Shown: positions 26,309 to 35,370, numbered from the stretch's first letter. The stretch is DNA of 64,000 bases from Holophagae bacterium (GCA_003105185.1 PQAJ01000177.1:14848-78847); one strand, 5' to 3'. A program made the numbers and translations. Notes: generated by a model not told the origin, from the letters alone.

Positions 26309-27565
26309 TCAGGCGTTCGCGAGCGCGGCTGCGGCCCGCTCGGCTACCTCCCGCGACGACCCGATAACGAACAGCACCTCGGACGAGTTCGGCGAGGCCA
26401 ACTGGATGGTGGTCCGGCCGTCCCTGAGCTCGGCTACCACCCCCGAGGGCGAATCGGCAGGTGTGGCGCCGGCCACGGTCAATAGCTCGGCCTGAGCGGC
26501 CGTGAACTCGGCGGCCCCGGTTTCGTGGGCGAAGCGCACGCGGAAGAAGGCTACCGAGTCCGTGCCGTTCACGTACACGTCATAACGGTCGCCGCGCCAG
26601 CCTGCCGCCGCCGTCACAGCGGGAAGAGCTGTGAGCCGCAGTTCGAGGTAGTTGCGCAGGTGGAATTCGCCCAGGGTGCCGCCCGACTCGCGCTTCCAGC
26701 CGCCGCCGAGTGCTGCGGCGAGGTCGGGGAGCTCCACGGTTTCAGGGCTCCAGCCCGCGTCGCGCAGCTCCGGGTGGAGGATGTGGGAGGTCGAGAGCGG
26801 CTCGCCCGCCAGGTAGCGGTCGATGGCGGCGGTGCCCTCCCGGCTCCGGACGATGTTCACCCACTCCGCCCCGGTGGTGTACGGGAAGCGCAGTTCGCGC
26901 TCGATCGACGGCGGCGTGCTGAATACCGCCGGGCCGCCGCTGAGGAACAGCCGTGTGCCCCCGGGCAGCACCACCTGGCGCCCCTCCCAGAGACCCTGGT
27001 GGGTCACCGCGTCGCCCTCGACGACCGAGGTCGCGGCAAGTCCCCAATCGAGGTTGGCTGCTGTGTGCTCGGACAGTTCATCAAGCGAGAAGTGGTAGTC
27101 CTGGATGGCGTGGACGAGTTCGTGGGCCAGCGCCGACCGTTCGACCGGGCTCATCGCGTCCAGGTCGATTTCTGGTTCGCGCTGGACCACCCAGAGGCGA
27201 TTCTCTACGGGAGAGTAGAGGCCGATGATCGCGCCTTCACCGAAGGCTCGGAGCACCGAGAGATAGTCCTCTTCGGGGCCGAGGTGGCCCAGCAAGCGGT
27301 AGAGCGTCGTTGTCGTGGCGAACCACTCGCGGTCAGAATCGGTCAGCTGGCGGTCGAGGAGGGCGGTGATGTCGAACCGCGAGACGGTCCCGGCTTCGAG
27401 CGCAGGCGGCGGTGCGAGCCCGCGCAGTTCGCCGATCTCCTCGAGCATCTGTTGCAGTTCAGGCGTGAGCGGGCGCGTTTCGAAGGGGTCGGACTCGGAC
27501 TCGCGGCAGCCGCCGGGCAACAGCGCGGCGAAGGCGATGGCGGCCGCGATCGGTAGCCACCTCAC
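26309..27565 (-). CDS. lipoprotein with HExxH motif (putative zinc metallopeptidase-like), unknown family
   Basis: Lipobox-like N-terminus (AFAALLPGGCRES) and ALAHELVHAIQD. I recognise no further family. Confidence 0.5.
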   Translation of the reverse strand: MRWLPIAAAIAFAALLPGGCRESESDPFETRPLTPELQQMLEEIGELRGLAPPPALEAGTVSRFDITALLDRQLTDSDREWFATTTTLYRLLGHLGPEEDYLSVLRAFGEGAIIGLYSPVENRLWVVQREPEIDLDAMSPVERSALAHELVHAIQDYHFSLDELSEHTAANLDWGLAATSVVEGDAVTHQGLWEGRQVVLPGGTRLFLSGGPAVFSTPPSIERELRFPYTTGAEWVNIVRSREGTAAIDRYLAGEPLSTSHILHPELRDAGWSPETVELPDLAAALGGGWKRESGGTLGEFHLRNYLELRLTALPAVTAAAGWRGDRYDVYVNGTDSVAFFRVRFAHETGAAEFTAAQAELLTVAGATPADSPSGVVAELRDGRTTIQLASPNSSEVLFVIGSSREVAERAAAALANA

Positions 27566-27615
27566 GGGCCGATTCCTTGCCCGAACTCACGGCCAACAGC
27601 TATCCTGAACGGTAC

Positions 27616-27692
27616 GGCGCATTCGTCTAGTGGCCTAGGACACCGCCCTCTCAAGGCGGAGATCAGGGGTTCGAATCCCCTATGCGCTACCA
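27616..27692 (+). tRNA. tRNA-Glu (anticodon CTC), CCA encoded
   Basis: ggcgcattcgtctagtggcctaggacaccgccctCTCaaggcggagatcaggggttcgaatcccctatgcgctacca. A cloverleaf can be drawn with a 7-bp acceptor stem (first pair G-U), anticodon loop ctCTCaa and T loop ttcgaat. Confidence 0.9.
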
Positions 27693-27701
27693 GGAAACCC
27701 G

Positions 27702-27729
27702 CGGGCAGGGAGCCATCCCTGCCCGTTTT
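27702..27729 (+). terminator. rho-independent terminator after tRNA-Glu(CTC)
   Basis: CGGGCAGGGA-gcca-TCCCTGCCCG followed by TTTT. Confidence 0.7.
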
Positions 27730-27794
27730 GCTGTCGCTGTCCGTGGGTGCTGGTACGATGCGCACTCGCGTGAATCCTCGCCCTGGAGGGTGTC

Positions 27795-28040
27795 ATGGCA
27801 TTCGTCGATGAAGCAACTGCGAAGGCCTATCGCGAGGCGTGGGATGCCTGGTCCAGGCAGGTCGAACACGTGCACCGGGTATTCCTCGAGGGTGAGCCAA
27901 TTCGCCCCGACCAGATCAAGGGGCTCCTGAACCGCGAGGCGCGCGCGAAAGAAAAGTATGACGCCGCCAGGCTGCGCTTACTCGGCGTTGACGAAGCCCC
28001 GCCCGCCCCCGCGAACCCGGACGACAATCCCTTCAGATAG
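27795..28040 (+). CDS. small hypothetical protein
   Basis: 81 aa, helical and charged (MAFVDEATAKAYREAWDAWSRQVEHVHRVF...). I recognise no family. Coding-like codon usage. Confidence 0.4.
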   Translation: MAFVDEATAKAYREAWDAWSRQVEHVHRVFLEGEPIRPDQIKGLLNREARAKEKYDAARLRLLGVDEAPPAPANPDDNPFR

Positions 28041-28087
28041 GCCGCTGCTGTGCGCCCCGGAACGCCATAACCGGCTATGATCGAAGC

Positions 28088-29101
28088 GTGGCATCACGTC
28101 GTGCAGCCGTAGCGTCGCTCCCATCCCGAAACACGCTGTACCTGATCTTCGGGGTGCTGGCGCTCATTCCGGTCGCCGCGTTCGCCATCGGACCGCTGAC
28201 CAGTACGAGTTTCGACCTCCAGGGTCCGGCCGGGCCCTTCCTGGCTTTCTCAGCCGGGGTGCTCTCGTTTTTCTCGCCCTGCGTGCTTCCCATCGTCCCG
28301 ATCTTCATTGCCCAGATCTCCGGGTCGAGCATCCAGAACGGGCGGCTCACCGCCGACCGGAAGGTGACCTTCAGCCACGCGGTAGCGTTCGTCACGGGGC
28401 TCTCCATCGTGTTCATCGCGCTGGGCGCGGCAGCCGGGCTCTTCGGTTCGTATTTCTTGCAGGACAACCAGCGCGACCTCGGACAGATCGCGGGGGCGAT
28501 CCTCGTGCTGATGGGCGTACTCGTCATCCCGCCGCGTGGCCGCGCCGACCCTTTCCGTTCCGCCCTGATGCTCATCGGGCTGACCATCGTGTTCTTTTTC
28601 CTCGCCGAGCTTTCGGGCTTGAAGGACGACCGCGTGCGTCTGCTGCTGCTGGGCGCGGTGCTGCTGGTGGTGTGGGGGCGGTTCGCGGGCTACCTGCAGC
28701 TCACGCTCTTCTATCGAACGTACGAAGTGGGCATCGCCCGCAACCACAAGGTGGGGTATGCGCGTTCGGGGTTCGTGGGCGGCGCCTGGGCGTTAGGGTG
28801 GATTCCCTGCGTGGGGCCGATCCTGGGCAGCATCCTGACCTTGGCGGGCAATTCGGGCGAGGCACTCCAGGGGACCTACCTGTTGATGGCGTACGCGGCC
28901 GGCATGAGCATCCCGTTCCTCATCGCCGGGCTGGCCATTTCGGACGTGAACCGCTTCATGAAGAAGATCCAGCCGTACACGCCGTTCATCGAGGTGTTCA
29001 GCGGGATCGCCATCATCACGGTCGGAGTGCTGCTGCTGGCCGGCAACCTCCAGAACCTGAACGAATACTTCGGGTTCGCGGAGTTCAACCAGGGACTGTA
29101 G
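28088..29101 (+). CDS. ccdA: cytochrome c biogenesis / thiol-disulfide transporter CcdA (DsbD core) family, extended form
   Basis: It has both conserved Cys-containing TM motifs (FFSPCVLPIVPIF and WIPCVGPILGSIL). At 337 aa it is longer than the ~240 aa I recall as typical. Confidence 0.8.
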   Translation: MASRRAAVASLPSRNTLYLIFGVLALIPVAAFAIGPLTSTSFDLQGPAGPFLAFSAGVLSFFSPCVLPIVPIFIAQISGSSIQNGRLTADRKVTFSHAVAFVTGLSIVFIALGAAAGLFGSYFLQDNQRDLGQIAGAILVLMGVLVIPPRGRADPFRSALMLIGLTIVFFFLAELSGLKDDRVRLLLLGAVLLVVWGRFAGYLQLTLFYRTYEVGIARNHKVGYARSGFVGGAWALGWIPCVGPILGSILTLAGNSGEALQGTYLLMAYAAGMSIPFLIAGLAISDVNRFMKKIQPYTPFIEVFSGIAIITVGVLLLAGNLQNLNEYFGFAEFNQGL

Positions 29102-29115
29102 GGCAAGGGCGATAC

Positions 29116-29361
29116 CTACCCGACCTCGCGGACGAGTCGCGCCATCGCGGCGCCGGTCACCGCCGCGAGAATTGCCGCCATGAGCAGCCCCGCGACGCCC
29201 CATACAGCCAGGTCGAGTGCGACCGGGGCATCGGCTGGCACCAGCGCGGGGCCGATGAAGGTCGGCGGCAGAGCGACGAACCAGGCGACCGCGACGGCCG
29301 GGCGGCCCAAATCCGCTGATCCTGGTGGACCGGGCCGGGGTGATCGTAGCGGAGGCGCCAT
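29116..29361 (-). CDS. possible small membrane protein
   Basis: The internal ATG at 29361 avoids overlap with the tRNA. C-terminal hydrophobic stretch LAVWGVAGLLMAAILAAVTGAAMA. Weak call. Confidence 0.3.
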   Translation of the reverse strand: MAPPLRSPRPGPPGSADLGRPAVAVAWFVALPPTFIGPALVPADAPVALDLAVWGVAGLLMAAILAAVTGAAMARLVREVG

Positions 29362-29379
29362 GCTACGCTGGAACTCCTC

Positions 29380-29456
29380 GGCGCGTTCGTCTAGAGGCCT
29401 AGGACGCCGCCCTTTCAAGGCGGAGATCAGGGGTTCGAATCCCCTACGCGCTACCA
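29380..29456 (+). tRNA. tRNA-Glu (anticodon TTC), CCA encoded
   Basis: ggcgcgttcgtctagaggcctaggacgccgccctTTCaaggcggagatcaggggttcgaatcccctacgcgctacca. It differs from the first copy at 5 positions, including a compensated acceptor-stem pair. It is followed by an imperfect hairpin at 29471..29494 and then TTT. Confidence 0.9.
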
Positions 29457-29626
29457 GGAACTTGAATCTGGCGGCTCCCTCTCAAGGGGGCCGCTTTACG
29501 TTGAGTCACGTGATCCGTTGTGCCCGGTTCGGGGCCCGGCGCGCCCATCCCTCGTTCGGAGCCTTCCGGGGGCGCCGGGAGAGGGCCGTTCTGCGCGGAA
29601 TTTGGACGCCAATACCTAACAGAGCA

Positions 29627-30025
29627 ATGTATAGTGCTCCTATGCAAGCCGGAAACGACATCCGAATTGGCAAGGACCTCGTCGCCGCCTCGGCCATGCC
29701 CCTTGTCCTGGCCATCCTCAACGAGGGTGAGAGTTACGGATACGCCATCCTCAGGCGGATCGATGAGCTGTCTGGCGGGCAGATGGAGTGGACCGACGGG
29801 ATGCTGTATCCGCTGCTGCACCGTCTCGACCGGCTCGGCTACGTCGAGGCGAACTGGGACTCTCCGCCGGGTGGCCGGCGGCGCAGGTACTACCGCATCA
29901 CTCCCCGTGGCCTGACCGCCCTCACCGAGCAGCGCCGCCAGTGGGAGGTCGTCTCGGGCGCTCTCCAGAACGTTTGGCGCTCGTTCCAGGTCGCCAACTC
30001 AGCTCTCAGCACGGCCGAAGGGTAG
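29627..30025 (+). CDS. PadR-family transcriptional regulator
   Basis: LVLAILNEGESYGYAILRRIDELSGGQMEWTDGMLYPLLHRLDRLGYVEANW...RRRYYRITPRG. Start at ATG 29627 or 29642. The longer ORF from 29180 would read through the tRNA. Confidence 0.85.
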   Translation: MYSAPMQAGNDIRIGKDLVAASAMPLVLAILNEGESYGYAILRRIDELSGGQMEWTDGMLYPLLHRLDRLGYVEANWDSPPGGRRRRYYRITPRGLTALTEQRRQWEVVSGALQNVWRSFQVANSALSTAEG

Positions 30026-30031
30026 CGGCCG

Positions 30032-31432
30032 ATGGAATCCGCCGGCGATCCGGGCATCGAGGCGCCAATCAGGGAATGGAGGTCGTACCTCCAGCGCCGC
30101 CAGGCGATCCACCACGTCGACGTCGATGAGCTCGAGGACCATCTGCGTAGCCAGCTCTCGGACCTCGGAGCGGCTGGCCTCAGCGAAGACGAATCCTTCC
30201 TCGTTGCCATCAAGCGGATTGGCGGTGTGAACGAGCTTTCGCGGGAGTTCGCGCGCGAGCGGTCGAGCCAGCTCTGGAAGCAGCTCGTCCTCGGCGGCGA
30301 CGAGGCTCGCGGGCACCCGGCTTCGCAGGGCGCCGGGCTCCTGGTAACGATGAGCTTCGCAATCGGGGCCGCCGTGATGTTCAAGCTTCCCGCGGTATTC
30401 GGGATCGACCCGTTCGCCTCGGGGACGGCCGATGGCGGGAATGGCGATGCCGAGGTGTCGTTCTACTTGCGGAATACCGCCCTCCTGGTGCTGCCCTTTC
30501 TTGTCGGCTTTTTCGCATGGAGGCGGGCTCTTCCGGTCCGGGTGGTCGCCGGGTTGGCCCTGCCCTTCATCGCGGCGGCGATCGTGGTCAATGTGTTCCC
30601 CTTCGACACCGGCGGCGACACGGAGCTGCTTGCGGCGATCCACCTTCCGATCATCTTGTGGCTGGTTGTTGGTGTGGCGTACCTGGGCGGCGCCTGGCGG
30701 GGCGATGCGCCCCGGATGGACTTCGTTCGATTCACGGGTGAATGGTTCATCTACTACACCCTCATCGCGTTCGGGGGCGTTGCCCTCAGCGGGCTGACCC
30801 TGGGGGTTTTCGAGGCCATTGGCATCGATGTGGAGCCCTTTATTGCTTCGTGGGTGCTGCCTTGCGGCGCGGCGGGCGCGGTCGTCGTGGTCGCCTGGCT
30901 GGTCGAGGCCAAGCAGAGCGTCATCGAAAACATGGCGCCGGTCCTGACCAGCGTTTTCACGCCATTGTTCGCCGTGATGCTCGTCGCCGCCATCTTCGGC
31001 ATGGCGCTTACCGGCAATGTCGTCGACGCCGAACGCGACGTGCTCATCCTCTTCGATGTGCTCCTGGTGATCGTCGTCGGGCTGGTCCTGTACTCGATCT
31101 CGGCCCGTGATTCGGATGCGACGCCAACGCTCATGGACGCCATTCAACTGGTCCTGGTGGTGAGCGCCCTTGTGATCGACGTGTTGGCGCTGGCCGCGAT
31201 ACTCAGCCGTATCACGGAGTTCGGCTTCACGCCGAACCGGAACGCTGGGCTCGGACTCAACGTGGTGTTGCTCGCCAACCTCGTGTGGTCGGCGTGGCTG
31301 CTTTGGGCGTTCCTTCGCGGAAGGCGCCAATTCTCGGACCTGGAGCGCTGGCAGACGAGGTACGTGCCGGTGTACGCGGTCTGGGCGGGCATCGTGGTGG
31401 TTGTGTTTCCCCCGCTCTTCGGCTTCGACTGA
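30032..31432 (+). CDS. polytopic membrane protein (DUF4153-like) with N-terminal soluble permease-prefix-type domain
   Basis: 466 aa. The first ~85 aa are soluble and helical (IREWRSYLQRRQAIHHVDVDELEDHLRSQL...), followed by about 10 hydrophobic segments. Its position after padR is the usual one. Confidence 0.6.
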   Translation: MESAGDPGIEAPIREWRSYLQRRQAIHHVDVDELEDHLRSQLSDLGAAGLSEDESFLVAIKRIGGVNELSREFARERSSQLWKQLVLGGDEARGHPASQGAGLLVTMSFAIGAAVMFKLPAVFGIDPFASGTADGGNGDAEVSFYLRNTALLVLPFLVGFFAWRRALPVRVVAGLALPFIAAAIVVNVFPFDTGGDTELLAAIHLPIILWLVVGVAYLGGAWRGDAPRMDFVRFTGEWFIYYTLIAFGGVALSGLTLGVFEAIGIDVEPFIASWVLPCGAAGAVVVVAWLVEAKQSVIENMAPVLTSVFTPLFAVMLVAAIFGMALTGNVVDAERDVLILFDVLLVIVVGLVLYSISARDSDATPTLMDAIQLVLVVSALVIDVLALAAILSRITEFGFTPNRNAGLGLNVVLLANLVWSAWLLWAFLRGRRQFSDLERWQTRYVPVYAVWAGIVVVVFPPLFGFD

Positions 31433-31464
31433 CGCCCCGTCTCCGGCGAGGCCAGGCATTCCCC

Positions 31465-32508
31465 CTACTGCGCCCGGTCGCGCGCGTGTTCGTTCGCCCA
31501 TGCCGACGCTTCGACGCGGTTGCGGACACCGAGCTTGCTGTACACGTTGGCGAGGTGGCGGGCGACCGTCGCCCTGCTGAGCCAGAGCGCGGCGGCAATC
31601 TCCTCATTCGTGGCCCCGGAGACCGCGTGATTGAGGACTTCGATCTCACGCGGGGTGAGCGTCCTCCAGCCATCGCCGCCCACCTTGCGTGGGCCCCCCC
31701 GAACTGTGGGCCGCTCGGTTTCATCGAAGTCGTTCGCCAGGAAGCTTTGGACCTCGCGGGTCACCGCATCATCCCTGGCCCATCGCTTGCCGGATCTAAT
31801 GACAAGGCTGTGGTTGGGGATCAGGCGGGCGAGATCGGCGGCGGCCGTGTGGGGCATCATAGGGTCATCGGCGTTGTGAAGGATGAGACACTCGGCCCGC
31901 ACCAGCGGCGCGAACTGGGAGAGGTCCGCGCGGTCGAAGAGCACCTTGAGCAATGCGCGGATATCCGCCGGATTGGTTGCTGAGACGTAGTACCGGACCC
32001 AGGCTTCGATGTCCGCCGCCTCGCCCCAGCCAACCGCAAACTGGAGGAAGGCCCTCCAGAACGTCGCGAAGTCGTGGTCCAGGAGCGCATATAAGGACTT
32101 CTGGGTGGTGAGGTCGTCGCGGCCCACGCGGAAGGCCGGCTCGACGAGGACCATCCTCTTGACCCGCGGGCTACGTGCGGCGAGCACGACGCTCTCAAAC
32201 GTCCCGGCCGCCGCCCCGTACAGCGTCATCAGGTCGATTCCCGCGGCGTCCGCGACCGCCTCAAGGTCGTCGGCATACTGATCGAGGCCGTGCTCGACGC
32301 CCCAGTCGGAGAGGCCAAACCCACGCCGGTCGTACGAGACGATGCGACCGCCAAACGCCTGGCGGAGGGTGTGCCTCACAAATCCTGATTCGATGGTCTC
32401 CGACCAGGGCGGGACGAAGATGACAGATGGCCCCGTGCCCCAGGATGTCCATGCAATGCGGGTTCCGTCGCGCGATGTCGCATACCGAATGGGGCCTCGC
32501 GTGGTCAC
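31465..32508 (-). CDS. alpha/beta-hydrolase fold domain fused to LuxR-type HTH (transcriptional regulator)
   Basis: The N-terminal ~250 aa are hydrolase-like (IAWTSWGTGPSVIFVPPW...YDRRGFGLSDW). The C-terminus LTPREIEVLNHAVSGATNEEIAAALWLSRATVARHLANVYSKLGVRNR is a GerE/LuxR HTH. Confidence 0.75.
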   Translation of the reverse strand: MTTRGPIRYATSRDGTRIAWTSWGTGPSVIFVPPWSETIESGFVRHTLRQAFGGRIVSYDRRGFGLSDWGVEHGLDQYADDLEAVADAAGIDLMTLYGAAAGTFESVVLAARSPRVKRMVLVEPAFRVGRDDLTTQKSLYALLDHDFATFWRAFLQFAVGWGEAADIEAWVRYYVSATNPADIRALLKVLFDRADLSQFAPLVRAECLILHNADDPMMPHTAAADLARLIPNHSLVIRSGKRWARDDAVTREVQSFLANDFDETERPTVRGGPRKVGGDGWRTLTPREIEVLNHAVSGATNEEIAAALWLSRATVARHLANVYSKLGVRNRVEASAWANEHARDRAQ

Positions 32509-32620
32509 GCTCCGGACCCCACTCGTACCGCCGGCGCGCAGCGTGGTCGTGCGAACATTCCGGGATTATAGCAACGAGTCAAGCCCGCGACGCGATGTGA
32601 GCGTCAGTGCCGTCGAATCG

Positions 32621-32669
32621 AGGTTGGCTTGAGGCCCGGGACCTGCAGTCTGGTCCCGGGCCAACCTGT
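32621..32669 (-). terminator. long hairpin downstream of the beta-propeller gene
   Basis: AGGTTGG-ctt-GAGGCCCGGGACC-tgcagtc-GGTCCCGGGCC-AACCT. It has no U-tract and lies 12 nt after the stop at 32681. Confidence 0.4.
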
Positions 32670-32680
32670 GCGCGATGCGT

Positions 32681-33688
32681 TCAGCGATTCAGTTTGATCC
32701 GGTAGAGCGCCGGCTTTGGATCCGGGAAGATGAATCCGGACTGATTCACGACATAGAGGTACTTGCCAAGTCGCCCGGTGCCGAAGGCAAGCGTCACGGG
32801 GCCGAGGAGTCCATCCTCCTGGTCCGCGATGATTTCGAGGCTGCCGTCGTCGCCGACCAGGCTTAGCGTGCTGTTGAACCACGACGATACGTATGTGGCG
32901 CCTCTCCGGGAAACGGCGATGCCTTCGCACATGTAAAGCGCGGGGTGGCTTTCCAGCACAACCGCCATCTGTCCGGCGGACCCGTCCTTCTTGATGTCGA
33001 TGCGGACCACGCGAGACTTCTCTTCGACGGTCACCAGCAGCGAGCGCCCGTCGACCGCCAACCCCCCGGCGCCGAGATTGACACCGAAGCCGAGGCTGCC
33101 ATCTCCCGCCAGCAGTGGGTCCTGGGCCCAGAGTTCGGCACCGTCAGCGCCGTGCCGGACCCGCCAGATGGATCCCGTAAGCGAGTCTGAAATGTAGAGG
33201 TTCTTCTTGCGGTCGACCGTGATGCCATTTCCCGCGACGCTCCCCGGCACCCGGGAGACCGAGCCATCGCTGAGTATCCGATACACTCCCGAATTCGGAC
33301 CGGTATCACCAGCGGTAGTAATCTCGGCCACGGTTGCGTAGACAACAGTGTTCTCCCTCCCGCCATGCTCAACAACTGCCACGCCGGTGAGCATGTCGAG
33401 TGCATCGTCGGCACCGAAGAAGGGCAACTGTGCCACAACGGTCTCCGTACCATCCGGGGCGAGTTTCCTCACCTGACCGAGCATTTGCATGCCGAAATAG
33501 ATATTCCCATCCCGGTCAAATGCAATGCCCTTCGGGAACTCTCCCAGCGCAGCATCGAACTCCCGGACCAACTCCAATTCCATGGCATGGTTTCCTTTGG
33601 TGTCCTTTGCGTACCCCGTCTCACTGAAGGCAAATCCTGAAGCGACCATCAGGAGCGCCAGGACGACGATGAGCGACTTGCGAAACAT
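32681..33688 (-). CDS. secreted six-bladed beta-propeller protein (SMP-30/gluconolactonase/LRE- or NHL-like)
   Basis: Signal peptide MFRKSLIVVLALLMVASGFAFSE. Repeated blade-like segments (PKGIAFDRDGNIYF, GNGITVDRKKNLYISD, GGLAVDGRSLLVT, CEGIAVSRRGATYVS). Family assignment is approximate. Confidence 0.5.
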   Translation of the reverse strand: MFRKSLIVVLALLMVASGFAFSETGYAKDTKGNHAMELELVREFDAALGEFPKGIAFDRDGNIYFGMQMLGQVRKLAPDGTETVVAQLPFFGADDALDMLTGVAVVEHGGRENTVVYATVAEITTAGDTGPNSGVYRILSDGSVSRVPGSVAGNGITVDRKKNLYISDSLTGSIWRVRHGADGAELWAQDPLLAGDGSLGFGVNLGAGGLAVDGRSLLVTVEEKSRVVRIDIKKDGSAGQMAVVLESHPALYMCEGIAVSRRGATYVSSWFNSTLSLVGDDGSLEIIADQEDGLLGPVTLAFGTGRLGKYLYVVNQSGFIFPDPKPALYRIKLNR

Positions 33689-33917
33689 GACCGTCTCTCC
33701 TTCCGGGTTCGAAGTCGAACCTGAAGGGCAGGCTAGGGGCGGGTCCTGACGCCCGCATCGACCGATCTATGCAAGTTTCCCCAGGGCGATGAGACGAGAT
33801 ATGTAGCTTTTGGGGGCCCGGAGTGTTGCAGGCCCGGACCCCGAATGTTTACCGGGCGGGTTCGCCGGGGTTCCGAAGCGGGCCGCGGCCGGTGTACTCT
33901 GCGGCGGGGGGCAGACC

Positions 33918-35018
33918 ATGAAATATCGCGCATTGTGGGCAGGCGCCATGGCGGGGCTTGCCCTGCACCTGGGCGGCCTCGCCTGGGATGTCTACCGGCA
34001 CTCCGCCGACTCGACCCTCGCCCAGCGCGAGGACGTGCTTTCGCTGGCCAACCCGAGCCACCTGATGATCGTCGTGGGCATGGCCGTCGTGGCCGCGTGC
34101 CTGCTGGGCGTTGCATTCGCCTGGCTCCAGGAGCGGAACGTTGGCGGAAGCGGCCCGGCGGGCGTGATGCTCCGGGGCATCGGCTTGCCGCTCATCGGCG
34201 TGGTGGCTGCCGGCTCGATCTGGCTGGCATCGCAGGCAGAGGACGGCGGGCACGCCCACGGCGATACGCTTGTGTCAGCCGACCATCTCCATCCTGGTGG
34301 CCTGCCTGCCGGCCACGACCATGCGCACGCGGAAGAGACCGGGGTCATCCTCGCGGTCATGGCCGCGGCAGGCCACCTCGGCGATGTAGTAGACGGCACG
34401 GCCCATTCGCACGACGAGCCGGAACCCGGTTCGATGGACGAAGGGAGCGCGCACCACCACGGCCAGGAAGTCCCGGTGACGGGTGAGCAATTGGCGGCGG
34501 CGTCCGAGTTCGTCGCGACGTTAAAGCAGCACACGGCACAGTACGAGGATGTCCGCGCGGCGATGGCCGACGGCTACGCGCAGATCACGCCGGACCTCCC
34601 CGGGATTGCGGCCCATTTCATCCGGGGGAACTACCAGCGGGACGGGCGCGAGATGGACCCGGAGCACCCGGAGGTGTTGCTGTACACAAAGCGGCTCGAT
34701 GGCGAGTGGCGCCTGGTGGGCGCGATGTTCCTCGCCGAACAGATGACGGAGGAGCCGCCCAGCTACTTCGGCCCGCTGGACTCGTGGCACTATCATTCGA
34801 ACCTGTGTTTCACCGCCGGTGCGGGCGTGCGCGCAGTTGGCAGCCGGGGCGACTGTCTGAACGGCGTATTTGTTGCGCGGACGGCATGGCAGCTCCATGT
34901 CTGGACCGCGCCCGGCGGTAACGGCATTTTCGCGCACGATTACGCGCCGATATCACCCGGGGCGTTCCCCGGTGCGAGCAAACCGGCCGCGGCGGAGCTG
35001 CTCGTGCAGGCGCCATAG
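33918..35018 (+). CDS. membrane protein with His-rich segments and conserved C-terminal domain, unknown function
   Basis: ATG at 33918. About four TM helices, then HAHGD...HLHPGG...GHDHAHAEE...HSHDEPEPG...AHHHGQE, and a ~170 aa C-terminal domain (PGIAAHFIRGNY...WHYHSNLCF...LHVWTAP). Confidence 0.45.
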   Translation: MKYRALWAGAMAGLALHLGGLAWDVYRHSADSTLAQREDVLSLANPSHLMIVVGMAVVAACLLGVAFAWLQERNVGGSGPAGVMLRGIGLPLIGVVAAGSIWLASQAEDGGHAHGDTLVSADHLHPGGLPAGHDHAHAEETGVILAVMAAAGHLGDVVDGTAHSHDEPEPGSMDEGSAHHHGQEVPVTGEQLAAASEFVATLKQHTAQYEDVRAAMADGYAQITPDLPGIAAHFIRGNYQRDGREMDPEHPEVLLYTKRLDGEWRLVGAMFLAEQMTEEPPSYFGPLDSWHYHSNLCFTAGAGVRAVGSRGDCLNGVFVARTAWQLHVWTAPGGNGIFAHDYAPISPGAFPGASKPAAAELLVQAP

Positions 35019-35310
35019 CCCGGGAGATTTTGCCAGGGGTTTACGCGGCTGGCGTTGGCGTTTCACATGCGGGGTCTAGAGTTGCTCATGCAAGGAGAAG
35101 CGAAGGCCCGCCCACTCTCCCCACCCTTGAGCGCCGGCTAGCCGTCCCTGGCCAGCAGGCGTACGGCGGGCCAGCGTCATCCTCGTAAGAAGCACCGTCG
35201 CATGGCGGTCTCCGTCCTGGCGGCGCCAGACCCCCTCCCCGGGCTGGCGCTCAGCCACCTCTTCCGCGTATTTCCAGGCTTCAGCCGGTCTCTACCTCTC
35301 CAGTCCGAAG

Positions 35311-35350
35311 CCAAAAACCGAAGAACCCGCCGTTGGCCCGGCGGGTTCTT
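35311..35350 (-). terminator. rho-independent terminator of nuoG
   Basis: On the minus strand: AAGAACCCGCCG-ggccaa-CGGCGGGTTCTT followed by CGGTTTTTGG, 20 nt after the stop at 35371. Confidence 0.7.
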
Positions 35351-35370
35351 TCGTGTGGATGGCGACAGGT

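Noticed and set aside
27616-29456. tRNA-bounded genomic island.
   Set aside because: There is no integrase, no partial tRNA direct repeat and no obvious compositional break. It is kept only as a low-interest observation.
29180-30025. 281-aa ORF extending the PadR gene upstream.
   Set aside because: It would read through the tRNA-Glu(TTC) gene and its hairpin. The PadR homology begins near the ATG at 29627/29642.
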